DNA from: an uncultured Candidatus Actinomarinales bacterium
GTDB taxonomy: Bacteria; Actinomycetota; Acidimicrobiia; Actinomarinales; Actinomarinaceae
DNA length: 63,419 nucleotides
Direction: 5' to 3'
NCBI GenBank assembly: GCA_963979435.1
Contig: CAXBVE010000001.1
Location: 1-63,419 of the forward strand
Every line of letters begins with the position of its first letter. The first letter of the stretch is position 1. The notes beneath the pieces are model-generated. The model searched no databases. It worked only from the letters and a program-made list of their open reading frames with translations, and was not told the origin of the DNA. The translations under genes were made by a program, and so were the position numbers. This document shows, piece by piece, positions 1 to 9,263 of the stretch.

Positions 1-47
1 ACGGACTCATAATCCGTCGGTCGCAGGTTCGAGTCCTGCCGGGCCCA
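1..47 (+). tRNA. 3' portion of a tRNA with CAT anticodon (elongator Met or Ile-lysidine type), truncated by the window edge
   Basis: Anticodon arm acgga/ctCATaa/tccgt (1-17), 5-nt variable loop, T arm gcagg-ttcgagt-cctgc (23-39), acceptor 3' strand cgggccc plus discriminator a (40-47). No encoded CCA. The anticodon stem lacks the three G-C pairs of initiator tRNA. Confidence 0.8.
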
Positions 48-60
48 CTTGAAAACATTT

Positions 61-2037
61 ATGAACATTAAAAATATAAATGCTCGAACAATTGGATTAG
101 TATTTGCATCAACACTATTAATACCATCAAATTACGGATTAAATATTTTAGGATTGAACTTCGAAGACTTGCCCATAGTGGTTCTTTTTTTATTTCTATT
201 TTATAAAAAAATAACTAATCACGATCCTATTTCAAACATCGATAAAGTATTTTTAACATTTATATTTTCATTTATCCTATATTCAAATATATTTACTCAG
301 AATTTTGAAATATTCAATCAAACAAATTTAAGATTCTATTTCTATTTTATTCTCAGTTATCTTTGCGTTGATGTAATTAGAGCAAATAAGGAAAACTTAA
401 TTACAGTTTTTGAACCACTCTCTTATGTCATGATTGCAAACTTTTTAGTTGTACTATTTCAAGTCCAGCTTCCTGGAACTATCGATGGGTGGATACTAAA
501 TAATTCAGGTAGTACTAATCTCTTCACATCAGGAAGACTAGGAGGATTTCAAGGTGGTGGTCCAAATGTTATTGGAGTGATTTGTACACTTTATGTACTG
601 TTATGCGTATATAATGTTTTAAATTCTGATAATTTTTTTAGATATATTCGTACTGACAAGTTCAATACCTTGTTACTTATTATTTCCATTTTCAATCTTT
701 ATATCACATATTCTAGAGGTTCATATTTAGCTTTATGTACTGGTTTGTTAGTACTACTAATTTATACAAAAGCGTTTACATTACAATTCAAAATATACTT
801 TTTAATTATTTCAATATCTTTTTCAGTGATAGTTATCTATATTTTTCCTTCAATCTTTTTAAAGCAATCAAATAGAACCTTCCTAAACAATCTTGCTATC
901 AATAATTTGGAGTTATTCGAAGGTAGTGGAGGCGGTAATTATATTAAAGAGGTCTATAAAGATTATCTTGTAGGGCTTGATGATGAAGAAATTTTAGATA
1001 AATTTAATATAGTTTACAATGAAAAAGACAAAGAAAACCTAAGTACGAATATTCCAGAAAAAGATATTGATCCAGCTGAGGGGTACTTAAAGCTCAAATT
1101 TGATTACAAAGATGGTTTATTACCAAGGTCTGTAATTACATTCTATCACTCTCAAAACGGTATAGCCTGGTCACAGATTGGTTCTGAACATACCAATGGA
1201 TCAGTTATTGAACTTATGAAGAATGATTCTTTCTTTGAAGTAGGAGGTTGGGGAGATGGTCAATCTCCAGGAGATTCATATCTTGATGGTTTTGTTAAGC
1301 AAATACATATTAGTTATCTTGATAGTAATTACAATTACCAATTTATGGAAAAGAATAGAGATATAGACTACTTTGTATACCTGCCTACGACCACAGAATT
1401 TTATGATAATAGAAATGATGGAAAATTAGTTTACACTGAAGATGGTCTCAAGTTAAAAAGACCAAGAAGTTATTGGGTAGCAATCCCAAACGAAGATAAT
1501 ATATCTCAAGAAGACTTTGAAGTAGTAATTCAACTTAAACTTAATAACATTCCCAGGGGAAATGAAACAATATTTAGCCAAAGTTCAATTATTAGTTTTT
1601 CAGATAATACCAACAACCAGTCATGGAAATGGTCAATTATAGATGGAAGAATGTATTTCTTTTGGGTAGAAGATATCATTAGCGGGTATTCAAATTACCT
1701 TGGTGGCCAAAGTCTTAGGTCTGGAAGATTAGTTGCTAATAATGGACAGTTCGATTCTATTAGTTCCGACTTTTCACTTTCCCAATATGATGAAATAACT
1801 ACTTCTCATAATGGATTCTTGACAATGGCAGTCGAATATGGAATATTTCCCGTAGTGCTTATCGTATTAAGCATATTATTTCTAGTTGTCAAAAGTGTAA
1901 ATTACAAAAATCATTTTTTAATCGCTCTGTTTGTAGCTTTATTAACTCAAAACCTAACTAATGATTTAATATATTCTCCAGATGTAGCAATTTATTTTTG
2001 GATAATTCCTAGCTATTTATTCTTAAAAAAAGATTAA
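61..2037 (+). CDS. Wzy/O-antigen-ligase-like polytopic membrane protein with a large inserted soluble (LamG/ConA-like?) domain
   Basis: About 9 N-terminal TM segments. Wzy_C-type motifs YSRGSYLAL, GSGGGNY and SHNGFLTMAVEYGIFP. About 285 hydrophilic residues lie between the last two motifs. I prefer the ATG at 61 over the tracked TTG at 49, which is 2 nt after the tRNA end. Confidence 0.7.
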   Translation: MNIKNINARTIGLVFASTLLIPSNYGLNILGLNFEDLPIVVLFLFLFYKKITNHDPISNIDKVFLTFIFSFILYSNIFTQNFEIFNQTNLRFYFYFILSYLCVDVIRANKENLITVFEPLSYVMIANFLVVLFQVQLPGTIDGWILNNSGSTNLFTSGRLGGFQGGGPNVIGVICTLYVLLCVYNVLNSDNFFRYIRTDKFNTLLLIISIFNLYITYSRGSYLALCTGLLVLLIYTKAFTLQFKIYFLIISISFSVIVIYIFPSIFLKQSNRTFLNNLAINNLELFEGSGGGNYIKEVYKDYLVGLDDEEILDKFNIVYNEKDKENLSTNIPEKDIDPAEGYLKLKFDYKDGLLPRSVITFYHSQNGIAWSQIGSEHTNGSVIELMKNDSFFEVGGWGDGQSPGDSYLDGFVKQIHISYLDSNYNYQFMEKNRDIDYFVYLPTTTEFYDNRNDGKLVYTEDGLKLKRPRSYWVAIPNEDNISQEDFEVVIQLKLNNIPRGNETIFSQSSIISFSDNTNNQSWKWSIIDGRMYFFWVEDIISGYSNYLGGQSLRSGRLVANNGQFDSISSDFSLSQYDEITTSHNGFLTMAVEYGIFPVVLIVLSILFLVVKSVNYKNHFLIALFVALLTQNLTNDLIYSPDVAIYFWIIPSYLFLKKD

Positions 2038-3152
2038 GAATTAATTAATCCAATTCGTTTTGCATAAGTAGAAAAGTTTTCCGAAATTATTAGTATCTGT
2101 CTTCCATCTTCAAGTTCATATGGTGAAGTTGGTATTGCAACTCTATTGATATTACTAAAGTCTATATTTCTAAAATTCCACAGTGTATTTATAGCAGAGC
2201 TTAAAGTAAGATTTTCATCAATGATAAATGAATCCTCTAGAGCGTTAATAAAACTATTTAATTCAGTAAGTGATTCAAAGTCGTTCAGTTTTTTCAATAG
2301 TTGCAATATAACATACTGTTGTCGCTCATTTCTGGACAAGTCACTGACGCCATCCATCTTTTTCCATTCTGAGGCATCTTCACCTTTTTCGTCTATTATT
2401 TTTTCACCAACTAATATTTCAGTATTTCTGGATACGATCCAATTCAAGGCTGTAGATCCGTTTACAACTTGACACCCTTTTTGCAATTCGAAAGAGTACC
2501 CTTCTTTTTGTGCACTATCTACACAGATTTCAATTCCATCAAAAGAGTTTATAATATCCTCAAAACCCTCAAAATTAAAACTTGCAAAGTGATCTACTCT
2601 AATGCCTGTTAAGTTTTTTACTGCAGCCGCAAGGTTTTCAGCATTGTTCCCACACTTATTTTCCGAATAAGCTGCATTTATCCTTTCAAGATTTTCTGTA
2701 CATGAGTTAAGTATCAATGTGTCTCTAGGGATAGACAGTAGATAGTGGTTTCCTTCAGTTTCATCAATAAGCCCTATGATGATAACATCTGCTCTTTGAC
2801 CTTCAACAAAACCTCTTGATTCAGAAGAATTTTCATCCCTTTCATCGCTACCAATCAAAAGATAAGATTTATATCCCTCTATGTCACTCTTAGCACTGTT
2901 GTTTATAAGTAATTTTTCAATTTCTGATTTCTGAATTTGAATTATTTCAGGTTCCGGAGGTTTAGTTTCATTTTCCTCGATATTATCTTCAACAAGAAGA
3001 CTTGTAGTAGGGGTAAGACCCTCTGATATATTTTCCACTCTATCTGGATCAAATGCTTGTTTTTCAAATCTTGGAATAATCGTAAAAACTACTACAACTG
3101 CTGCTACTAGTAATCCTATAAACAAGTATATGTATTTATTTAATGCTTTCAT
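2034..3152 (-). CDS. LytR-CpsA-Psr (LCP) family wall-glycopolymer phosphotransferase
   Basis: N-terminal TM anchor. LCP core LLIGSDERD...RADVIIIGLID...LLSIPRDT and a downstream NAAY motif. Confidence 0.85.
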   Translation of the reverse strand: MKALNKYIYLFIGLLVAAVVVVFTIIPRFEKQAFDPDRVENISEGLTPTTSLLVEDNIEENETKPPEPEIIQIQKSEIEKLLINNSAKSDIEGYKSYLLIGSDERDENSSESRGFVEGQRADVIIIGLIDETEGNHYLLSIPRDTLILNSCTENLERINAAYSENKCGNNAENLAAAVKNLTGIRVDHFASFNFEGFEDIINSFDGIEICVDSAQKEGYSFELQKGCQVVNGSTALNWIVSRNTEILVGEKIIDEKGEDASEWKKMDGVSDLSRNERQQYVILQLLKKLNDFESLTELNSFINALEDSFIIDENLTLSSAINTLWNFRNIDFSNINRVAIPTSPYELEDGRQILIISENFSTYAKRIGLINS

Positions 3153-3191
3153 GATAAACCAAAAACTAAGTATAACTCTATAATAAATTTT

Positions 3192-3914
3192 GTGAATAAA
3201 ATTAAAACAGTAATAGCTGCTGGAGGTCTAGGAACTCGCCTTCAGGGCTTTAGAGGAAATGACTCAACTAAAATTCTTTTAGAGGTTGACGGATCTCCTA
3301 TGATTATTCGTCAAATTGAACAGCTTTCCAATTGGGGGTTAAACGATTTCATCATAATTACTAATCCTTCTTTTGATAAATTGATAAAAGATGTTACTAG
3401 ATCCTATTTTCCTGAAAAAAATATTAGTTATTCAATACAACATGAACAAAAAGGTATTTCCCATGCCTTAATGTGTGCTAAAGAATACATCTACCCTGGA
3501 GATACAGTTTTTTTTATTTTAGGAGATAATTTCTTTGAACACAGTCCTACAGCAAATTTAAATTTAGAAAATATTGGAAGTAATAAAGGAGCTTATATAT
3601 TTTCTTACAAAGTTGATAATCCTGAAGAATTTGGAGTAGCCGAATTAGATTCTAATAATAATGTTATTTCAATTGAAGAAAAACCTGATAAACCAAAGTC
3701 TAATCAAGCAGTTGTCGGCGTTTATATCTATGACGATACTGTTATGGAAAAAATTACAACTTTACAGCCTTCTGCTCGTGGGGAGTATGAAGTAACAGAT
3801 CTAAACAATTTATATATACAAGACGGTAAATGTAAAAATGTAACTATAGAAGGATGGTGGATTGACGCAGGAACACCAGATAGAATCATAGAATTAGAAA
3901 AAAAGTTAACTTAA
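3192..3914 (+). CDS. Sugar-1-phosphate nucleotidylyltransferase (short RmlA/G1P-thymidylyltransferase-like)
   Basis: AAGGLGTRL signature, LGDNFF, EEKP, VGVYIYD. GTG start. Confidence 0.8.
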   Translation: MNKIKTVIAAGGLGTRLQGFRGNDSTKILLEVDGSPMIIRQIEQLSNWGLNDFIIITNPSFDKLIKDVTRSYFPEKNISYSIQHEQKGISHALMCAKEYIYPGDTVFFILGDNFFEHSPTANLNLENIGSNKGAYIFSYKVDNPEEFGVAELDSNNNVISIEEKPDKPKSNQAVVGVYIYDDTVMEKITTLQPSARGEYEVTDLNNLYIQDGKCKNVTIEGWWIDAGTPDRIIELEKKLT

Positions 3915-4940
3915 TGGTTCCATTTTTTTATATTTAGCAAAATTGTATATAAAAAATACAAAATATCCCATTGCGAAAATGTAACTCAGTGCTCCATTAA
4001 AGAATATAGTTCCAATCAATAATACGTAAGAAAAGAAACTCAAAAATAGAAAGCTTAATAATACTTTTCTTTCCGAATAGCCTAGATTTAACAGTCTATG
4101 TGAAATATGGTCAGTTCCACCAATTGTTGGTGATTTATTATTACTAATTCTATCAGAAGTAACTATTAAAAAATCTAGTATTGGAACTGTGAATATGAAC
4201 AAAATTGGGCTAAATGGAGAAACTAATACGCCATCTACTTTTGGTATCCAGTCAAAAATAATAGAAATAAATCCCAATACGTATCCAACAAATAGAGTTC
4301 CCGAATCTCCAAAATATAACTTTGCTGGAGGATAGTTGTATATAAAGAACCCTAGTAGTGACGCAAAGAGGAGTAATGAAATATCTGTGACTTTATATAA
4401 GTTTGAATAATTGGTCAAAAATGCAATTTGCAAACAGATGCTTCCAGAGACAACAACTGTTAGGCCATCCATGTTATCAATAAAATTTATAGAGTTGATA
4501 ATTAAAAGTACCCATAAAAGTGAAAAAAGGAGATTTACATAATTCTGAAGATCTACTTTTAGGTAAGCCTCAATATTTAAAAATGCATCAAGTTTTAAAA
4601 GTGGGTACAGGATGATAATAATTTGTCCTGTAATTTTAGTTTTCCAGTCCAGATTGAATATGTCATCAAGTAATCCAATTATTGAAATCATAACTGCGCA
4701 TATTCCAATTATTACAAAATCTTGGTCAGCTCTACCTAGGAAAAAGGTAGTTATCAAAAAAGCAACCGAGGTTGCTATTCCTCCAAAAGGAGATATGTTT
4801 TTATTGCTCAACCTTTTCTCACTTTTATTATTTTTTTTCTTGAATTGTTTCGTAAAATGCATAAAACTTTTGTTTAGTAAAGCCGAGAATATAAAAGCTA
4901 TAAATGCCGCAGCAGTTACTGAGAGTTGAAACCGAATCAA
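3906..4940 (-). CDS. wecA: Polyprenyl-phosphate HexNAc-1-phosphate transferase (MraY/WecA family, polytopic PNPT)
   Basis: About 10 TM segments. Motifs NFIDNMDGL and YFGDSGTLFVGYVLG are typical of the WecA/TagO/Rfe clade. Confidence 0.8.
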   Translation of the reverse strand: MIRFQLSVTAAAFIAFIFSALLNKSFMHFTKQFKKKNNKSEKRLSNKNISPFGGIATSVAFLITTFFLGRADQDFVIIGICAVMISIIGLLDDIFNLDWKTKITGQIIIILYPLLKLDAFLNIEAYLKVDLQNYVNLLFSLLWVLLIINSINFIDNMDGLTVVVSGSICLQIAFLTNYSNLYKVTDISLLLFASLLGFFIYNYPPAKLYFGDSGTLFVGYVLGFISIIFDWIPKVDGVLVSPFSPILFIFTVPILDFLIVTSDRISNNKSPTIGGTDHISHRLLNLGYSERKVLLSFLFLSFFSYVLLIGTIFFNGALSYIFAMGYFVFFIYNFAKYKKMEPLS

Positions 4941-6052
4941 TTCAGTACATCCAATTCTTTATAAATTTTCTCAAATTGTGAAGCTACAACTTTAGAGGTA
5001 TAAAACTCATCAATTAATTGTCTATTTTTTGAATTATCAATTATTTCCTCATATTTTTCAATAGACTTCACAAATTTGTCAATTTGATTCAATTCAATTA
5101 ATTCAAGATTATTAAATTCTCTCATCACTTCAGTGCCCTGAATCTTATAGGCTATGCAATAGAGACCAACGTATAAAGATTCAAGAAGAATTCTTGAAAA
5201 CCCTTCATGTGACGACATTACAAGTGAAATATCAAATTCAGACAGCTGTGTTTCTATATCAATCTTTCCTAAATAATTTAGTTTTTCTTCATTTAAAACT
5301 ATTTCCATGTCCTTGTCGGAAATATTTTGTGGATTACCTTCATCACGCTCACCAGCTAGGTAAAATTCAATATTTACCATATTGACTTGATTAACAATAC
5401 TCAGATAATCCATAATTCCTTTATCATATAAAAGTCTTGAAACAAGGATGACCTTCTTTTTTGCTGGGTTACTTGATGGTAGATCTTTTATTTTAAAATT
5501 GGCACTTTCAATCCCTGAACTAGGAATTACTTCTGTCGTATTTGTGAAATTAGAAAAATTAAGAAATATATCTTTGTCTGAAGTATTTTGAAATATAATC
5601 ACGTTGATAGCATTATTAAAGAGGTAACTTATAAAAGGTTTCAATAGGTATCTTAATAATTTTGCTTTTGAGCTTCTGCTAAACAAAAAACCAAGTCCTG
5701 TGATTGACAGCACTGCTTTATTTTTATTTTTCAGAAAGAGATTAGCTAAACAGAAAAGTATTCCAGTTTTTAATGTAAAGCAATGAAATTTGCTATCTAC
5801 ATTTTTTAAGTGACTTCTTAGTGAGAATATTGCTTTTATATCCAATATTTTATTTCTGTTTATTTCCCACGATGACACACCCTTGTAGATTGATTCTATT
5901 TCCTCCATGTGAACACCATTTGGACACATTGCATGGATTTCTTCAGATTTTATATACTTAACTAAATCTTTTCTAGATTTGTATAAAATCCAATCCCAAT
6001 GAGATAAATAAGTTATCATTAACACCATTTTAAGTCTTAAATTTGTTAACAT
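4937..6052 (-). CDS. GT-B glycosyltransferase (GT4-like)
   Basis: C-terminal Rossmann half with SSHEGFSRILLESLYVGLYCIAY (E-x7-E-like). The start codon is uncertain; internal Met residues are possible starts. Confidence 0.7.
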   Translation of the reverse strand: MLTNLRLKMVLMITYLSHWDWILYKSRKDLVKYIKSEEIHAMCPNGVHMEEIESIYKGVSSWEINRNKILDIKAIFSLRSHLKNVDSKFHCFTLKTGILFCLANLFLKNKNKAVLSITGLGFLFSRSSKAKLLRYLLKPFISYLFNNAINVIIFQNTSDKDIFLNFSNFTNTTEVIPSSGIESANFKIKDLPSSNPAKKKVILVSRLLYDKGIMDYLSIVNQVNMVNIEFYLAGERDEGNPQNISDKDMEIVLNEEKLNYLGKIDIETQLSEFDISLVMSSHEGFSRILLESLYVGLYCIAYKIQGTEVMREFNNLELIELNQIDKFVKSIEKYEEIIDNSKNRQLIDEFYTSKVVASQFEKIYKELDVLN

Positions 6053-6060
6053 TGCCTAAT

Positions 6061-7257
6061 ATGAATTTAGTCGTCATAGGAACAGGTTATGTAGGCTTAG
6101 TTACAGGGGTTGGCTTTGCAAGTCTTGGCAACAGTGTGAGCTTTGTTGATTTAGATGAAAATAAAGTTTCAAAACTTAAAGACAAACAAGTCCCATTCTA
6201 TGAACCTGGTCTTGAAGAACATTTTCAGGATAATGAAACATTTTCAAGAATGTCTTTCACATCTTCATATGAAGAAATCGACTGGGAAGATACAGATGTG
6301 GCATTTATCTGTGTACAAACCCCAAATAATCTTGAGACCAATTCTGTTGATACCAGATTTCTTGAATCGGCAATTACAGAGATAAATAACCTCAATAACC
6401 CAAAATTAGTTGTTACGGTAAAATCTACTATTCCTCCTTATGAAATTGAGAAAGTTTGTAATAAGGTAGGGATGGATAAAAACGAAATTACATTTAATCC
6501 TGAATTCCTCAGAGAAGGCACAGCTATTGAAGATTTTTTTCAACCTGACAGAATTGTATTAGGAGGGAATGATCCCAAAAAACTTTCCATTCTAAGAGAA
6601 TTATACAAAGGCTTTGATGCAGAACTTATAGAGACTGATCCGATTAGTTCACAACTTATTAAATATTTAGCAAACACATATTTACCTTTAAGGCTTTCAT
6701 TTGTAAACGAAGCAGCAAGATTAATTGATCATTCTAATGGTAATCAGGTTGATGTTCTTAGGGGGGTTGGTTTAGATTCAAGAATTGGTTCGCATTACTT
6801 TAGACCATCACCAGCTTGGGGAGGTTCTTGTTTTCCAAAGGATTTGATTGAAGTCAATAATTTCTATAAAGAAGGTGAAGTTATGCTGCCTATAATCTCA
6901 AATATAATTGAATCAAATAATATTCAAACTAAATGGACAGTTGATAAATTAACATCAATACTCATAAACGAAAATATAAATTCAGTATTGTTGATTGGGG
7001 CTGCCTTTAAAGAAGATACCGACGATTTGAGAAATTCACCAACCCTAGATATTTATAAAATGCTACACCAAAAAGATATAAATACTTTTATCTATGACGA
7101 AATGGTTGAACTGGATGAATATAATTCAGTAGATAATCTTGATGACATTTCTGAGAAAACTCTAGTAGTGCTGATGTATCCGATCAAGAAAACACTTATG
7201 GAAAGAATCGAGAGTATCATAACTGACACTAACTCCATTTTGTATACACCGTGGTAA
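6061..7257 (+). CDS. ugd: UDP-glucose 6-dehydrogenase
   Basis: VIGTGYVGLVTG NAD fold, NPEFLREG, catalytic GGSCFPKD. I prefer the ATG at 61 nt into this line (6061, MNLVVIGTGYVG) over the tracked TTG at 6043. Confidence 0.9.
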   Translation: MNLVVIGTGYVGLVTGVGFASLGNSVSFVDLDENKVSKLKDKQVPFYEPGLEEHFQDNETFSRMSFTSSYEEIDWEDTDVAFICVQTPNNLETNSVDTRFLESAITEINNLNNPKLVVTVKSTIPPYEIEKVCNKVGMDKNEITFNPEFLREGTAIEDFFQPDRIVLGGNDPKKLSILRELYKGFDAELIETDPISSQLIKYLANTYLPLRLSFVNEAARLIDHSNGNQVDVLRGVGLDSRIGSHYFRPSPAWGGSCFPKDLIEVNNFYKEGEVMLPIISNIIESNNIQTKWTVDKLTSILINENINSVLLIGAAFKEDTDDLRNSPTLDIYKMLHQKDINTFIYDEMVELDEYNSVDNLDDISEKTLVVLMYPIKKTLMERIESIITDTNSILYTPW

Positions 7258-7261
7258 TAAG

Positions 7262-8200
7262 ATGAATATTGTTTTAACAGGTGGATCAGGTTTTATAGGT
7301 TCACATCTCTCTAAGGAGCTACTCAAAAATGGTGAAAACAAGTTAATTGTTGTAGATAATCTACTAACTGGAAATCTAAATAATATTCAAGATTTACTAG
7401 ATCATGAAAATGCAACATTTATCCAACATGACGTACAAGACCACATAGAAATAGATGAAAAAGTTGATTATGTATTTCATTTAGCAAGTGCCGCATCACC
7501 AGTTGCATATACAGAAAATCCAGTGAATACTTTAAAAGCTGGAAGCCTTGGAACAATAAACACTCTAGGTTTAGCTAGGAAACATGGTGCTGAATATTTC
7601 TTAGCCTCAACATCTGAGGTTTACGGAGACCCTTTAATTACTCCACAAAATGAAGAATATTGGGGTAACGTCAATCCAAATGGGGAAAGAAGTATGTATG
7701 ATGAGGCAAAAAGATTTGCAGAGGCTGCAACAGCAACATATGCAAGAAGCTATGACCTAAAGACCAAAATAATTAGGATATTCAATACCTATGGACCAAA
7801 TATGCAACTAAACGATGGCAGGGTAGTCACAAATCTTATAGTACAGGCACTTAATGATGAAGATTTAACTATCTATGGAGACGGCTCTCAAACTAGAAGT
7901 TTTTCCTATGTGTCCGATACAGTGGCAGGAATAATTGCAATGATGGAATCAAATCATTATGAAGTCTTTAATATCGGTAACCCTTATGAAATGACTGTTA
8001 AAGAATTAGCAGAGACAATATTAAAACTTACAAACTCAAAGTCTGAAATAATTTATAAACCATTACCAAATGATGATCCCCAACAAAGGAGACCAGACAT
8101 TAGTAAAGCCAAAGAAAAACTTAACTGGGAACCAAAAGTAGACTTAGAAACTGGGTTGAATACAACTATTGAATGGATAAAAAAAGAGTTATCTAAATAA
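7262..8200 (+). CDS. uxs: UDP-glucuronate decarboxylase (UDP-xylose synthase)
   Basis: Collinear with the UXS family along its length: TGGSGFIGSHL, VVDN..TG, ASTSEVYGDP, YDEAKRFAE, RIFNTYGP.M..NDGRVV.N, GDGSQTRSF.YVSD, DDPQQRRPDISKAKE.L.WEP. Confidence 0.9.
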   Translation: MNIVLTGGSGFIGSHLSKELLKNGENKLIVVDNLLTGNLNNIQDLLDHENATFIQHDVQDHIEIDEKVDYVFHLASAASPVAYTENPVNTLKAGSLGTINTLGLARKHGAEYFLASTSEVYGDPLITPQNEEYWGNVNPNGERSMYDEAKRFAEAATATYARSYDLKTKIIRIFNTYGPNMQLNDGRVVTNLIVQALNDEDLTIYGDGSQTRSFSYVSDTVAGIIAMMESNHYEVFNIGNPYEMTVKELAETILKLTNSKSEIIYKPLPNDDPQQRRPDISKAKEKLNWEPKVDLETGLNTTIEWIKKELSK

Positions 8201-9263
8201 CTTTTAATATCCTATCGTGTAAAGTCTTCAGTGATTCCTCTTTAACTTTTTCCTGTGAAAATTGGATAATTTCTATAAGAAAATCTTTTTCTAGTTCTGA
8301 AATTAAATTTATACTTTTCGTTAAGGCATCTTTTGTGCCATCAAACTTCAGAATGTTGAGATATTCAGGATGAATATTTTTGTCATATTCTGAATTCATA
8401 TAAAAATTAATAATTCCACCAGATAACGTTTCAAGGACACTCTTATCATAAAAACCTTTTGGAGTGTTGTTGATGTGGAATCCAGTTTTATCTATATATG
8501 TACTTAAACTGGGATGAGGGACAGAACCGGCAAAACTTATATTGCGATATTCAGAATATTTATTTTTTAAATAACTTTCATAATCAACATCTTGTTTTGT
8601 TAGAGGGCCTCCCACGATTGTGATACTCTGTGACTCCCCATAAACACTATTTAAAAAACCTTCAATAGATTCCTCAATATTTTTTGATTTGGAAATTCTA
8701 CTTAAGATGAGAAAATCTTTCGATTCCGTATTGACTCTACTTCTATAAAAATCTTCATAGTTAATGGCATGTCCAATAGAAGTTACTTTTTTAAACTTTA
8801 AAGGAAATGAATTCTCTGAAGCTGTAATTATTCTATCTGAAAATAATGCGCCCAAATAGAGAACAATTTTCTTTATAAAAGTAGTGGGACCCTTATGTGT
8901 GTACCAAAGGATAGACTGCAGATTTTGAAATCTAAATATACTTGAACTTACTAATGTTAAAGAGGTTGTCATATGTGAGAGACAGAATCTATATTCATTA
9001 TTTTTTAATAGGTTTTTGATAATTTTTCTCAGTGAGATGAATTTTGTTATCTTATTTGTATTTACAGAATCATGACTATATACATTTATATTGTCATTTA
9101 AGATATGGGTTGCACCTTCATTTAATGTCACAACATCAATTTCTGTGTAATATTCAGATAATTGATTTAGCCAATTTATCGCAAATCCAAGTGAAGTATT
9201 GTTTGAGTCTGTAGATATATTAAAAATTAATATTTTCTCTTTTTTCATAATTCTATTTTTCAT
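8193..9263 (-). CDS. Putative GT-B glycosyltransferase
   Basis: Two-Rossmann layout with a weak E-x7-E-like segment (YDKSVLETLSGG). Operon context between uxs and a GT4 gene. Confidence 0.5.
   Translation of the reverse strand: MKNRIMKKEKILIFNISTDSNNTSLGFAINWLNQLSEYYTEIDVVTLNEGATHILNDNINVYSHDSVNTNKITKFISLRKIIKNLLKNNEYRFCLSHMTTSLTLVSSSIFRFQNLQSILWYTHKGPTTFIKKIVLYLGALFSDRIITASENSFPLKFKKVTSIGHAINYEDFYRSRVNTESKDFLILSRISKSKNIEESIEGFLNSVYGESQSITIVGGPLTKQDVDYESYLKNKYSEYRNISFAGSVPHPSLSTYIDKTGFHINNTPKGFYDKSVLETLSGGIINFYMNSEYDKNIHPEYLNILKFDGTKDALTKSINLISELEKDFLIEIIQFSQEKVKEESLKTLHDRILKVI

Noticed and set aside
49-60. Tracked TTG start of the first ORF, 2 nt after the tRNA end
   Set aside because: An in-frame ATG at 61 gives a normal N-terminus and leaves room after the tRNA. 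The TTG extension adds only MKTF.
1-2100. Integrase, att repeat or other mobile-element signature next to the tRNA
   Set aside because: No integrase or transposase ORF is present, and I found no second copy of the tRNA 3' end by eye anywhere near the right island border (29.5-29.7 kb).
2146-2472. 108-aa plus-strand ORF inside the LCP gene
   Set aside because: It is antisense to a CDS with strong family motifs, has low-complexity composition and contains no recognisable motif. Such ORFs are typical shadows in AT-rich DNA.
4612-4929. 105-aa plus-strand ORF inside wecA
   Set aside because: Antisense shadow ORF of a well-supported membrane-protein gene.
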